Positions 20,212 through 40,001 of a stretch of DNA of 64,000 nt are shown here, in pieces. Source of the stretch: the human T2T-CHM13v2.0 reference genome, Homo sapiens. The DNA lies in assembly GCF_009914755.1 (NCBI RefSeq), contig NC_060943.1, one strand, 5' to 3'. The translations under genes and the position numbers were made by a program. Positions within the stretch are counted from its first letter, which is position 1, and every line of letters starts with the position of its first letter. The notes beneath the pieces were generated by a model that was not told where the DNA came from, searched no databases, and saw only the letters and a program-made list of their open reading frames with translations.

Positions 20212-20739
20212 CTGTAATTGTGTGGAACAGGGATACAAACTAGAATGTGAAATGCAAAGCCCTGCCTGGGCGGTATGTACCATGTCATGCTGAGGGCCCA
20301 CAGAACAGATAGATATCCTCTCCCTTTCTATTGTCCATTCACTCGGGAAGGAGACTCCGCCCTGTGCTCAGCTTCAGAGACTTCCCTAAAGCCACCGCCT
20401 GGAATGCCGGACGGAGTGCTCAGGCCGAGAAGGAGTGAGGTCACCACCTGCTGCTTAAAGACAGCAGAGGCGCGGGGGCGGGAGCCTGAGGTCCCAGCTA
20501 CTCAGGAAGCAGCGGCGGGAGGATCCCTGAGCCTCGGGTTCCAAGCCAGCCTGAGCGACAAAATAACGCCCACTGCCGCGATCTCCCTTTCTTGTCTCTC
20601 TCTCTCTCTTTTTTTTAAAAAAAACTTTCGCAAATAAAATTTTTGATTGTGTGACATAGGGATCCAACATTATTCTTTTCCATGTGGATATCCAGATAGT
20701 TGTCCTAGCACATTTATGGAAGAGATCTATTACTTTCTT

Positions 20740-20771
<32 letters not shown>

Positions 20772-21172
20772 TTTGAGACAGAGTATTTCTCTGTTGCCCA
20801 GGCTGGAGTGCAGTGGCGAGATCTCGACTAAATGCATCCTCTGCCTCCTGGGTTCAAGCGATTCTCCTGCCCCAGCCTTGGGAACAGCTGGCATTACAGG
20901 CGTGCGCCACCATGCCAGGCTAATTTTTGTATTTTTAGTAGAGACGGGGTTGACCATGTTGACCAGGCCGGTATCGGACTCCTCACTCCAAGTTATTTGC
21001 CTGCCTCAGCCTCCTAAAGTGCTGGGGTTACGGCGTGAGCCAACATGCCTGGCTAATTTTTTGTATTTTTAGTAGAGATGGGATTTCATCGAGTTAGCCA
21101 GGACGGTCTCTATCTCCTGACCTTGTGATCCGCCCGCGTCGGCCTCCCAAAGTGCTGGGATTACAGGCGTGA

Positions 21173-21451
<279 letters not shown>

Positions 21452-22319
21452 TAGACCTCGTGATCCACCCGCCTCCGCCTCCCAAACTGCTGAGATTACA
21501 GGCGTGAGCCACCGTGCCATGCCGCAGAAATATTCTTTGCTTCGCTTTTTAAATGTTGACAAAATATAACTGAAAACTAAAAAGTCTCCTCCCAAATGAG
21601 AAATCATCTCCACGACGATAACAGAGAAAGAAATAAAAACCATTTTATTAATAAATAAACCTTAGACCAGAATGTGATGGGAAATAGAGGCAAACAGCTA
21701 AAAGATTGAAAAGAGAGAAAGAAACTTCACTGTTCTATACAACCCACTAAGGACATATTTTCAAGATAAATACTAATCAGTCCTCAAGGAAGAGGACTTG
21801 ACAACACCCTTGGTCACACATAGTTCATCCTGGCTCTACTTGGTAATGGAGGTGACCATCTGTGTCAGCTAACTAGCGTCATCCTGAGGGAGGGGGAGAA
21901 ACTCTAACCCATGTCTTTTTGGCAAGTGTGAGTTTTACAACATGGCGACAGGTGCCCTCTCTGGTGAGGCTCCTACCATACGACAGACACTGATGTCAGC
22001 AGTAAATAATAACATTTAAAGTATATGATTAAGTACAGAGTTAATGTGAACACAGAGCTTGAAGAAAGCCACCTGGAAACATCAACTCCAAATGAATGGG
22101 ATCAGCGTTCCCAAGTAGAGACGTTAAGGTTTCACACACAGGGAAAGACAGAGAAGCTTTAGCAGAATCACCACACTTTCCATTCAAGACCAGTGCACAG
22201 GCTGCAGCAACTTGACTGGTGATGATTTGATACACTTCAAGGAAAGTTACTTTATCATTACATAAGAAGGGACAATGCTCTGAGGAGGTCTTATCACTGG
22301 GGCTCTGTAGTCTTCCTAA

Positions 22320-22571
<252 letters not shown>

Positions 22572-23036
22572 TGATCTGCCAGAATCAGTCTCCCAAAGTG
22601 CTGGGATGACAGGCGTGACCCACTGTTCACGGCCAGTTTTCCAAATTATTTACAGAAAAACTCCTAGAAGTTGCGCCTGCATTCCTCTGAACTCAGGTTG
22701 CATGACCACATTCCTCTCAAGGCTCAGAATTATTTAAAGGTCCATAGCTTTAAATTGGAATCACTTGATATTTGAATTACTTAATTTCCTACTGAGACAC
22801 AAGTGCTATCTCTGTTGTTTGCCTTTCAGACAGAGCTCCCAAGTCCTTCGGAAATACATTCCTGGGTCATTAAGCTAAAAAGCGGTTTAGTTAGTTTCTA
22901 AAAAAATTCCATTTCTGTCCGAGCGCGGTGGCTCACGCCTGTAATCCCAGCACTTTGGGAGGCAGAGGCGGGCGGATCGCCTGAGGTCGTAGTTTGAGGC
23001 CAGCCTGACCAACATGGAAAAAACCCTTCTCTATTA

Positions 23037-23174
<138 letters not shown>

Positions 23175-24074
23175 CTACAAGAGCGAAACTCCATCTCAAA
23201 AAAAAAAAAAAATACTGTTTCAGAAGACAGAGAAAATTCATTTACACATTTTCTAAATAAATGTCCTAAGAAAAGAGACTATAGGAAAGAAAATCTCTTA
23301 CTTTATTTTCGAAGGAGGAATTATGCCTCTCACTTATTTGCTTGTTTGTTTGAGACAGGGTCCAGCTCTGTCATCCAGGTTAGAGTGTGCTAGTGAGATC
23401 AGGGATCAGTGCAGCGTCCAACTCCCTGGCTCAAGAGATGTTTCAATCTCAGTGCCCAAAGCAGCCGAGAACACAGGTGTGCACCACCACACCTGGCTGA
23501 GTTTTTTTATTTTTAGTAGAGACGAGGTCTCACTATGTTGCTCAGGCTGATCACACACTCCTGGGCTCAAGCAATCCTCCGGCATTGGCCTCTCAAAGTG
23601 CTGGGATGACAGGTGTGACCCACCGCTCGGAGTTCTGGCTTTATTTCCATGAAATAAGAAATTTTCTTCCACCTTCTGTGTATAATAGGCAGTTCTATAT
23701 GTCACCTTTCTACTTTCATTATCCGCTCAAACAACCCAGGACCTTGCTTGGTTTACTAAGCCATTCAAATTATCAGTCCCCGTTGTAAGCAGCGCCCCAC
23801 TCCACCCCTTTACCGAGGTACCTGCCCCTGTACCCCATCCTGTCCCAGCCTGAGGGGAGCTTGCCCCGCCTGCAGGACGCGCGACTCCACCTGCTCAAAA
23901 AAGGCACTTTGCCTTAAAACCATTTTCAACTTGGGAGAAAAAACGATTCAGCATTCAGTACAAAATGGCCCACTACCAAATGTTGTTTTACCTTCGATTG
24001 TTTGAAATGTTAACTGAAAACGGGCAGGAAGCCTCCCTGTGATATTAGGGGTAATATGACGGCACATCAGAAAC

Positions 24075-24345
24075 AATCCACCAATCAGAACCCGGGGGAT
24101 CGAGTGCTGGAGATCAAGAGGATGACAGCAGGCCACATCATGGACCCAGCTGAGGAGAGAGCCCCGACGCATCGCTGCCAGGCCCCGCCCTTAAGAACAA
24201 CACCCCATTTCAGGCCCCGCCTCCAAGACCAGGATAAACCTCCGGCCCCCCAGCACCGACCCGCTGTCCAGCCTGGCCTCCAGCCTCCTCCCTCTTGACT
24301 CACCCCAGGCCCCGCCCCCACCTTCTAACCAGGCCCCGCCCCCAA
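24075..24345. promoter_or_regulatory. Orphan GC-box/CCAAT cluster (promoter remnant)
   Basis: Four CAGGCCCCGCC motifs (starting 24179, 24211, 24306, 24330) and CCAATCAG at 24081; ends abruptly where intron-paralogous sequence starts (~24347). Confidence 0.5.
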
Positions 24346-24804
24346 ATTGTGGAGTCAAATGCATTAGTAAATCAGATACAAAATATCTCCCCTTATTGGT
24401 CTCTTTTTCAGAATTTACCCGTTATCTGTGCACATTAACATATATATTTCACATGTTATTTCTCTGATCTGGTCCACAAAGAGCTGACATCCAGATGTGG
24501 CCCCTGAACCATCCAGGCTGCCCAGCAGCACTGACACCATGGTGCCCACACCCCGTGTCCATCCATGTCTGGGTGTGAGCCCCTCCCAGGACCATGCCCA
24601 GTGGAGCTTCTTAAGAAGTTCTTGTCACTGGGTCACAGGAGATGGAATCTCAGAGCAGCTGAGAGGAACTGAGGGCAGGCATGGGTGAGTGTGAGTGAAT
24701 GTGTCAGGCAAAATGCTTCAGACTCGGAAAAGACTGGCTGCTACAATACCTGGCATTTCAGAAAAGAAAGACACAGATTAATCCACAGAGGAATATCACT
24801 TCAC

Positions 24805-24886
24805 CTGAGGAAGAGCCAGCCCTGGCTCCTTTCCTTTCCTCTTCTGAGCTGCTTCCTCATGTAACATTAGTCTTTAGAAATCAATC
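24805..24886 (-). pseudogene. Orphan copy of the KRAB-ZNF start exon (MLHEEAAQKRKGKEPGLALPQ)
   Basis: ttcag| and |gtgaag intact; first ATG kept (24865-24867), second ATG changed to CTG; embedded in a block paralogous to 1-1890 and 62840-64000. No KRAB exon of its own was seen. Confidence 0.85.
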
Positions 24887-24900
24887 CTGAATGTGAAAAA

Positions 24901-27168
24901 TGAAAGGGGCCTGCCACTCCACACCTGTGGATATTTCTCGTCAGGTGGAGACGAGAGACTGAGAAAACAAATAAGACACAAAGACAAAGTATAGAGAAAG
25001 AACAGTGGGCCCAAAGGACAGGCACACTCAGCATGCGAAGACCCGCACCAGCGCTGGTCTCTGAGTTCCCTCAGTATTTATTGATGACTATTTTTACTAT
25101 CTTGGCAAGGGGAGTGCGGCAGGGCAACAGGGTGATGGTGGGGAGAAGGTCAGCAGGGAAACGTGAGCAAAGGAATCTGTATCGTGAATAAGCTTAAGGA
25201 AATGTACTGTGCCTGGATTGTAGGGAAAAGAAAGAGAGATCAGATTGATACTGTGTCTATGTAGAAAAGGGAACTCGATTTTGATCTGTACTAAGAAAAA
25301 TTGTTTCTGCTTTGAGATGCTGTTAACCTGTAACTTTAGCCCCAACCCTGTGCTCACAGAAACATGTGCTGTATTGAATCAAGGTTTAATGGATTTAGGG
25401 CTGTGCAGGATGTGCCTTGATTTGTTTTGTTTTTCGGAGGTGGAGTCTCATTTTGTCGTGCTGGCTGCAGTGCAGTGGCATGATCTCGGCTCACTGCCAC
25501 CTCTGCCACCTGGGTCAAGCGATTCTCCTGCCTCAGCCTCCCGAGTAGCCGGGATTACAGGCACCGGCCACTACGCCCGGCTAATTTTTGTATTTTTAGT
25601 AGAGACGGGTTTTCAACATGTTGGTCAGGCTGGTCTCGAACTCCTGACCCACCTCGGCCTCCCAAAGTGCTGGGATTACAGGCGTGAGCCACCATGCCCG
25701 GCCAGGATGTGCCTTGTTAACCATGTTTGCAGGCAGTATGCTTGGTAAAAGTCATCGCCATTCGCCATTCTCAATTAACCAGGGAGAAAATGCACTGTGG
25801 AAAGCCGCAGGGACCTCTGCCCAAGAAACCCTGGGTTTTGTCCAAGGTTTACCCCCACTGAGACAGCCTGAGATATGGCCTCATGGGATAGGAAAGGCCT
25901 TACCATCTGCCAGCCCACCCATAAAGGGTCTGTGCTGAGGAGGAGTAGTGAAAGAGGGAGGCCTCTTTGCAGTTGAGATAAGAGGAAGGCTTCTGTCTCC
26001 TGCTCATCCCTGGGAATGGAATGTCTCAGTATAGAGCTGACCATTCCCATTCGTTCTATTCTGAGATAGGAGAAAACCGCCCTGTGGGCGGGGGCGAGAT
26101 ATGCGGGCAGCAATACCGCTCTGTTACTCTTTCCCACACGGAGATATTTGGGTGAAGAGAAACACAAATCTAGCCTATGTGAACATTGGGGCACAGTTCC
26201 TTTCCTTGAACTTATTCATGATACAGATTCCTTTGTTCACATGTTTCCCTGCTGACCTTCTCCCCACCTGTTGCCCTGCTACACTCCCCTCACTAAGATA
26301 GTAAAAATAATGATCAATAAACACTGAGGAAACTCAGAGACTGTGCGGGTCCTCCGTATGCTGAGCGCTGGTCCCCTGGGCCCACTGTACTTTCCCTATA
26401 CTTTGTCTCTGTGTCTTATTTCTTTTCTCTGTCTCTCGTCCCACCTGATGAGAAATACTCACAGGTGTGGAGGGGCTGGCGCCCTTCACTGGATGTGCAC
26501 GTAGGCCAGATTTATGTTTCACTTTACACAAACATCTCAGCGTAGCAAAGAGTCACAGAGCAGTATTGCTGCCAGCATATCTCACCTCCAGCCACAGGGC
26601 AGTTTTCTCCTATCTCAGAATACAAAGAATGGTCAGCTTTACACCTAGACATTCCATTCCCAGGACGAGCAGGAGACAGATGCCTTCCTCTTATCTCAAT
26701 TGAAAAGAGGCCTCCCTCTTTCACTAATCCTCCTCAGCACAGACCCTTCACTGGTGTTGGGCTGGGGGATATAAGGTCTTTCCTTTCCCACAAGACCATA
26801 TCTCAGGCTGTCTCAGTGGGTGGAAACCTTGGACAATACCCAGGCTTACTTGGGCAGAGGTCCCTGTGGCTTTCCGCAGTGCATTGTGTCCCTGGTTAAT
26901 AGAGAATGGAGAATGGCATGACTTTTACAAAGCATACTGCATGCAAAAATACTGTTAACAAGGCACAGCCCACACAGCCCTAAATCCATTAAACCTTGAT
27001 TCAATACAGCACATGTTTCCGTGAGCACAGGGTTGGGGCTAAATTTACAGATTTATAGTATCTCAAAGCAGAACAGTTTTGCTTCATACAGATCAAAATG
27101 GAGTTTCTTATGTCTTCCTTTTCTATATAGACACAGTAACAATCTGATCTCTCTTTCTTCTCCCCACA
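24901..27168 (-). mobile_element. LTR5A-like solo LTR (outer), split by a second LTR
   Basis: Halves 24901-25218 and 26495-27168 join into one HML-2 LTR; inserted in the A-run that is the polypyrimidine tract of the orphan exon. Confidence 0.9.
25219..26488 (+). mobile_element. LTR5A-like solo LTR (inner, opposite orientation) containing an Alu at 25420-25703
   Basis: TGTAGGGAAAAGAAAGAGAGATCAG...CCCTTCA, TSD ctggat (25213-25218 / 26489-26494); the Alu TSD is aggatgtgccttg. Confidence 0.92.
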
Positions 27169-27859
27169 AAAAAAAATATGAGACTTCATGTTAGAAATGA
27201 CTCATTCCCTTCCTGGGGCAAAAACCCACAGACAGGAGAGATTTCACCCGTAGAAAGATGGTCGTCTGCTTCCCACTGCACCAGAGATCATGCAGAGATA
27301 AGAAAGTCCCACAGGAAGACCTACAAGTGTATATTTGACCCAGGTCTTCAGATCTCACTCCCCTCCTAGAAAACACCCACATACGAGGTAACGGGGGGGC
27401 GGGGGGGAGCTGGGCTGGATTGATCTCCCCTCGGCACAGACTCGTCCCTCATCCCTCATCAATCCCCATCTGGAGGACAGCCCCTCACTCTCTGTGGATC
27501 ACAGGCTGAGCTCAGCACTCAGAAATGGAGGACACAGAGCTTCCATGCTCAATGCTGCACACAGATGACAAGCACCTGCGCCACTGCAGGTATTACTGAG
27601 GGTGGGTTCCAACCCATCAGAATAAGAATCCCTGCTAAAGCAACACAAAAGCTCTATTTGCAAAATGCTCTGCACTCTAATGTGAAGCCAGGGTTGAGCT
27701 CCACTCAGATGGGGCGAGCCCAGCACAGCCCCAAGTTCTTGCTCCGCCCTCCCCTTGGGGCCTTGTGCTCACTAGGATCCAGAGAGTGGATGACAAAGGC
27801 ACAAAAGTAATCACACAGAACAGGCAAGATAGACCAGAGGTGGTGTGAGGGTTGGGCTG

Positions 27860-28630
<771 letters not shown>

Positions 28631-28916
28631 GCTGCAATGTCAAATGCGGATCTGTGTGAGATCACAAAGGTTTCCACACAGAAGGTGATACCAGAACAAA
28701 CACCTAGGGAAGAAATGATGCTTGTCACTTGCAGCTGAGGGGACAGAGAGTCCTAGGCAGAGGGACAGCTCAAGCAAAGGCCCTGAGACAGGAGCAATCT
28801 CAGCCCCAGGAAGAGGAAAGTGGCCGGTGTGGGTGGAGCAGTGGAAGAAAGGAGGGCACAGATAGATGAGGTCAGAGAGGTCCTGGGGGCACAGATCCAT
28901 AGGGACAAGGTCTTCA

Positions 28917-29165
<249 letters not shown>

Positions 29166-29480
29166 TCAGGGGTCACTGTCACTGTGACTGAGCTTTTCCA
29201 GTCTTATTCCTCACCTCTATGTTAAGGGGGGCTCACTGAGGCTCACAATGGGAGACATTTCACCAAGTTATCCTGAGAAGCTCTGAGGTGAGTAGAAAAT
29301 AGGTGTGGCTGACTCCCACGAGATGGCCTGGAAGGGCCAATAGGCTGCCTTGGTCTTCCTCCTCTGGAAAATTGCAAGATCAGACGGGAGTCGTGGCCCA
29401 GCTGGGTAATCCCAGCACTTTGGGAAGTTGAGGCAGGCAGGTCATTTGAGCCCAGAAGTTTGAGACCAACATGGGCAACA

Positions 29481-34919
<5,439 letters not shown>

Positions 34920-37900
34920 CTTATCTTTTCTACCATCTGACCATTTTGTTCAGATCTGCTGAACATAGTGTGAACGTGACACATAGACTGAGAAGTGCAA
35001 TTCAAGCTAAATATCCCTTAGGGGACCAGTCAATAATGATTCCATGGGAATCATTGTGCAGCACCTCTGCCTGTTCTGCAATGCAATCTTGCTAAACAAA
35101 TACGTTCATTTTTTCTAACTGAGTCCAATCCTGTTTACAAATAGGTTTTTGGGGGTTGTATGCCTCAATTACAGGAGCAGATTTATTATGGTAAATACTG
35201 AGATCAGAAAGCATGTGTAACTGTGTCATACAGTGATTTACATCCAGGCATTATTACCAGCTAAGATTGATAAATATGCCTAATAAGTACAATTGTTCTC
35301 TGTGTCAGCCTTTGTTGAAGGAATACTCACAGAAATGGTGATCACTGCCATCATAGCTACCATTAAATTATTCACTGTGAGTGGTTGTCCTGCTTTCCTC
35401 AGGTTGTCTTCCTGGATCTGTGACAGCTTCTTGATCTGTCTCCAGGTCGGTGGCTGTATTCGATGGGTGTTGCTCGTGACAGTTGGGGTCCTCCTCGGCA
35501 CCAGCCTTGACATGGCTGCAACCGGGGGGGTCCTCAGGATCCTCCCGGAATCTCTTCCTTGGCATCTGGCCCATGACAAGATTTCAGGTGTCTTGATGGT
35601 ATCCAAACTGACTGATGATTTTGGCCTGGAGAAACACAAGCATAACCTCTACCCCAAGTTATTATTTTACCTATTTCCCAAATTTTTGTTATTGGATCTC
35701 TCTGCCAAATCATTCTTCTGCTTCTGTCTTTGCAGCTGGTTTCTGTAGATGCTGTTCAGCTGCTGATAACATCTGGCCTTTGGGCAGGCTCAAAAAATTT
35801 AAAGTTAATAATGCCAGATTCAGTTGCTCCTGTGGTGTTCCATATTCTCTGTCTCCCCCTTTCTGCTTTTGCAACTGCTGTTTTAGGGAGAGATTCATTC
35901 TTTCCACTATGGCTTGTCCTTGAGAATTGTACGGGATACCAGTAATGTGTTTAATATTCCTCATAGAGAAAAATGTAGCTAGAACTTGGCTAGTATAGCC
36001 TGGGGCATTATCTGTTTTTATAGAAGCGGGAATGCCCATCACCACAAAACACTGCAAAAGATGACATTTAACACAGGCAGAAGACTCTCCTGTTTGGCAT
36101 GTAAGCCCAGACAAAGTGAGAAAAGGTGCCCACACATACATGTACATAAGCTAGTCTCCCAAACGAGGGAACATGTGTGACATCCATTTGCCAAACCGAG
36201 TTAGGTTCCAATCCTTGAAGATTAACTCCTCCTGTAAAAGATGAGGAATGTATCATTTGGCAAGTTGGGCATCAGTGGATAATATTTTTAGCTTCTTTCC
36301 AGGTAATGCTGTATCTGCATTTGAGACCAGAGGCATTAACGTGGGTTAAATGGTCAAAATGTCTAGCATTAGATATTGCATTAGCAACTAAGTGATCAGC
36401 CATTTGATTCCCTTCAGTCAAAGGTCCTAGAAGAGGTGTATGAGCCCAAATGTGAGTGATGCAAAAATGGTGCATTCTACTTCTAACTGCTGTTTGCAAT
36501 TGGGTAAATAAAGTCATCAGTTGTTCATCTGTATGAAATTGTAATTGAGCATTTTCAATTAACTGTGTGGAATGAACCACGTATGAAGAATCAGAAATCA
36601 CATTAATAGGTATATCAAAAGCAGTCAATAACTCAATTACAGCTACTCAGCTTTTTGAGCTGAAGTATAGGGCGTCTGAAAACTTTACTTTTTGAGCCAA
36701 ACTAAGAAGCTTTACCATTACTAGACACATCTGTGAAACAATGAAAACGCTTAGCAGGCTGCAGGTTGTTTACTGCAGGAATTGTAAATGCAAACCATTC
36801 ACAGTCTTGTTCAGCTAAGGGGATAGTAAAGAAACAGTCTTTTAAATCTATGACTACTAAAGGCCAATTTTTGGAATTTTAGTAAGAGAAAGCAATCCTT
36901 GCTGTAATGCTCCCATAGGTTATATAGTTGAATTGATAGCTCTTAAGTCAGTTAACATCCTCCATTTACCTGATTTTTTCTTAATTATGAAAACTGGAGA
37001 ATTCCAAGGGGAAACTGTTGGAGCAATATGCCCATTTTCTATCTGTTCAGTAACTAATTTCTCTAAAGCCTCCAGTTTCTCTTTACTTAGTGGCCATTGT
37101 TCTATCCAAATTGGCTTATCTGTGAACCATTTTAAAGGTATAGGTTCTGGAGGCTTAACAATGGCCACCATCAAAAATTATTTCCTAATCTTTGGCGGGA
37201 ACTTTTTAAACCTTGCAAATTTTTTTGTAGTCCCATACCAGGGACATACCCCATTTCATGCATCATATGTTGACTTTGAGGGCTATATAATTGTTCTGGA
37301 ATTAGAACTTGGGCTCTGCATTGTTGTAATAAATCTCTTCCCCATAAATTTATAGATACAGAAGTTATAATTGGTTGAATAGTCTCGGGTTGTCCATCGG
37401 GCCCTTCACAAGGCAAAACAGAACTACTCTGATATACTTCAGGGGCTTCACCAACTCCAACTATGTTAAATTGAGTGGGTTGAATTGGCCACGTGGACGG
37501 CCAGTGCTGTAGAGAAATGATTGAAATGTCCGCTCTTGTATCTACCAAACCTTTAAATTTCTTTCCCTGAATAGTTATTTCACAGGTAGGACATTTATCA
37601 GTAATTTGGTTGACCCAATAAGCTGCTTTGCCTTGTTTATTTGTGCTTCCAAATCCTCCTGTTCGTTTAATTTCACTTTTTCCCATTTCCACATATGGCA
37701 CAATCAGGAGCTGTGCTATGGGCTCTCCTGGCTCTGCTTTCCAGGAAACATAAGTAGGTATAACAATTTGAATTTCCCTATTGTAATCTGAATCAATGAC
37801 TCCTGTATGTATTTGTACCCCTTTTAAACCTAAACTAGACTTTCCTAAAAGTAATCCGATTGTACCCGCTGGCAAGGGTCCACAGACTCCTGTTGGGACC

Positions 37901-40001
37901 TTTTGCGGGGGTTCCCCAGGTAGAAGTCTCACAGCTTTTATGCAGCATAAATCTACTGTGGCACTACCGGCTATGGCGGGGGACAGACATTGTACAGGGG
38001 TGAGGGAATGGTCTGAGCTGGAAATGCCCCCGTTTAGAATGGGGCCCGGGACAGGCCCCTCATGGCATTTCCCGAAATCGTATTCCCATCTTTATGAAAC
38101 TTAGAGGGACACTGATTAGCCCAATGTTTTCCTTTTTTACATTTTGGACATATTTCAGGATCTGCAGTTTTCTTTTTTCCCCTATCTGGTGGCCTGATTC
38201 GCTGATTTTTTCTACATTTGTTTTTAGTATGACCATGCTTCCCACAGTTAAAACAAGCGCCAGGAAATGGAGTATTTCCTTTGTCCACTCTCAGTCCTGC
38301 CATTGCCTGTGCCAACAAGGCAGCTTTATGCAGATTACCTCCGATACCATCACAAGCCTTGATATAATTAACTAAATGTGCTTTCCTTCTAATAGGTCAC
38401 AGAGCAGCGTGGCAATTGGGATTACAGAGCGAGACTCCATCTCAAAAAAAGAAAAAAAAAAAGCATTGTCAAAACTTAATAACTGCAACACTATATCCTG
38501 AGCAGCTGAATCTGCAATCATCTTTTTAAGAGACTTCTGTAACCAAGCTATAAAATCAACGTATGGTTCTCTTGGTCCCTGTTTCATAGCACTAAAGGAA
38601 GGGTATTGTTCTCCACATGAAGTGATTTTTTCCCAAGCTCTAATGCACACTCCTCTAAGCTGTTCTATGGCATCATCCTGCATGACCAGTTGGGCACCTA
38701 AGCCAGCCCAGCCACCAACCCCCAAAAGTTGGTCTGCAGTTACATTAATTTGAGGTTGGGCCTGGGCATTGCGAGCAGCCTGAATGGAAGCTTCATCTGC
38801 CCACCAAGTTTTAAATTGTAAGAACTGAGCAGGAGTTAGATAAGCTCAAGTAAGACAGTCCCAGTCAGTAGGTATCATCTGACTGGAAATAGCAACATTC
38901 TTTAACAGTCCCATTACAAAAGGAGAACCTGGTCCATACTGATTTATAACTTGTTTAAATTCTTTGAGTAACTTAAAAAGAAAAGGCTCAAATATAGTTG
39001 TAATATTTCCCTGTTGATCTGGGGGGTGTATTCTAACAGGGAACTGCCAAGTCTCTAAATCACCCTCTCTTCTAGCTTGCTGAATTCCTGCCTGAATAGA
39101 ACTAAGAGCGATTGCTTGAGGCACTGATCAAACAGTCACTGGGGCAACTCCTTTTCACCCAGTGTTCTCCAGAAAAGAAAGATCTGGAAGGTCATTTTCT
39201 TCAAAATAATAATGAGGGGGTGCAGAAAGGTAGGGATGAACCTCTTCCTCTTTTGCCGCTTTAGCTTTAGCTGGCAAATAAACCTGCTCTGTAACCTCTT
39301 CTGTCACTTCCTCCTCATCATAACTGTGAATAAGTTCCAAGGTGGAACGAACCAGACCCCACACCTGTCCCATTGTTACCCTGAGGCTTCTGAGCTCCTC
39401 TTGTTACTCACCACAGGGATTGCTTTAAGAGTACTTGGGTGTCCTCCAGCTAGTTTTCCATTCCAACTGTCGCTCCGGTGACCCTTCAACCTGGATTCGA
39501 GCCCCCATGAAGGTACGCCACTTGCCGAGACCAGCTCAGTCAGGGAGACCCTAACCCAGTGGTGCTACAGGAATGAAAGACACACACACAGAAAGATAGA
39601 GGTGTGAAGTAGGAAATCAGGGGTCTCACAGCCTTCAGAGCTGAGAGCCCCAAACAGAGATTTACCCACGCATTTATTAACAGCAAACCAGTCATTAGCA
39701 TTCTTTCTATAGATATTAAATTAACTAAAAGTATTCCTTATGGGAAACGAAGGGATGGGCCAAATTAAACGAATAGGTTGGGCTTCTTAACTGCAGCAGG
39801 AGCATGTCCTTAAGGCACAGATCTCTCATGCTATTGTTTGTGGCTTAAGAATGGCTTTAAGTGGTTTTCCACCCTGGGCTGGCCAGGTGTTCCTTGCCCT
39901 CATTCCCGTAAACCCACAACCTTCCAGCATGGGCGTTAGGGCCATTATGAACCTGTTACACTGCTACAGAGATTTTGTTTTTGGGGGGCTTGCTCCCAAC
40001 A
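34920..40001 (-). mobile_element. Defective HERV-K(HML-3)/HERVK9 provirus with MER9 5' LTR (39523-40001); gag, dUTPase-protease, internally deleted pol, start of env
   Basis: Gag MGQVWGLVRSTLE (39373), NC zinc knuckles CFNCGKHGH and CPKCKKGKHWANQC, dUTPase/protease ORF 37171-37932 (GVIDSDY, LVDTRAD), integrase WQMDVTH and [12 protein letters not shown]9-type LTR. Confidence 0.92.
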
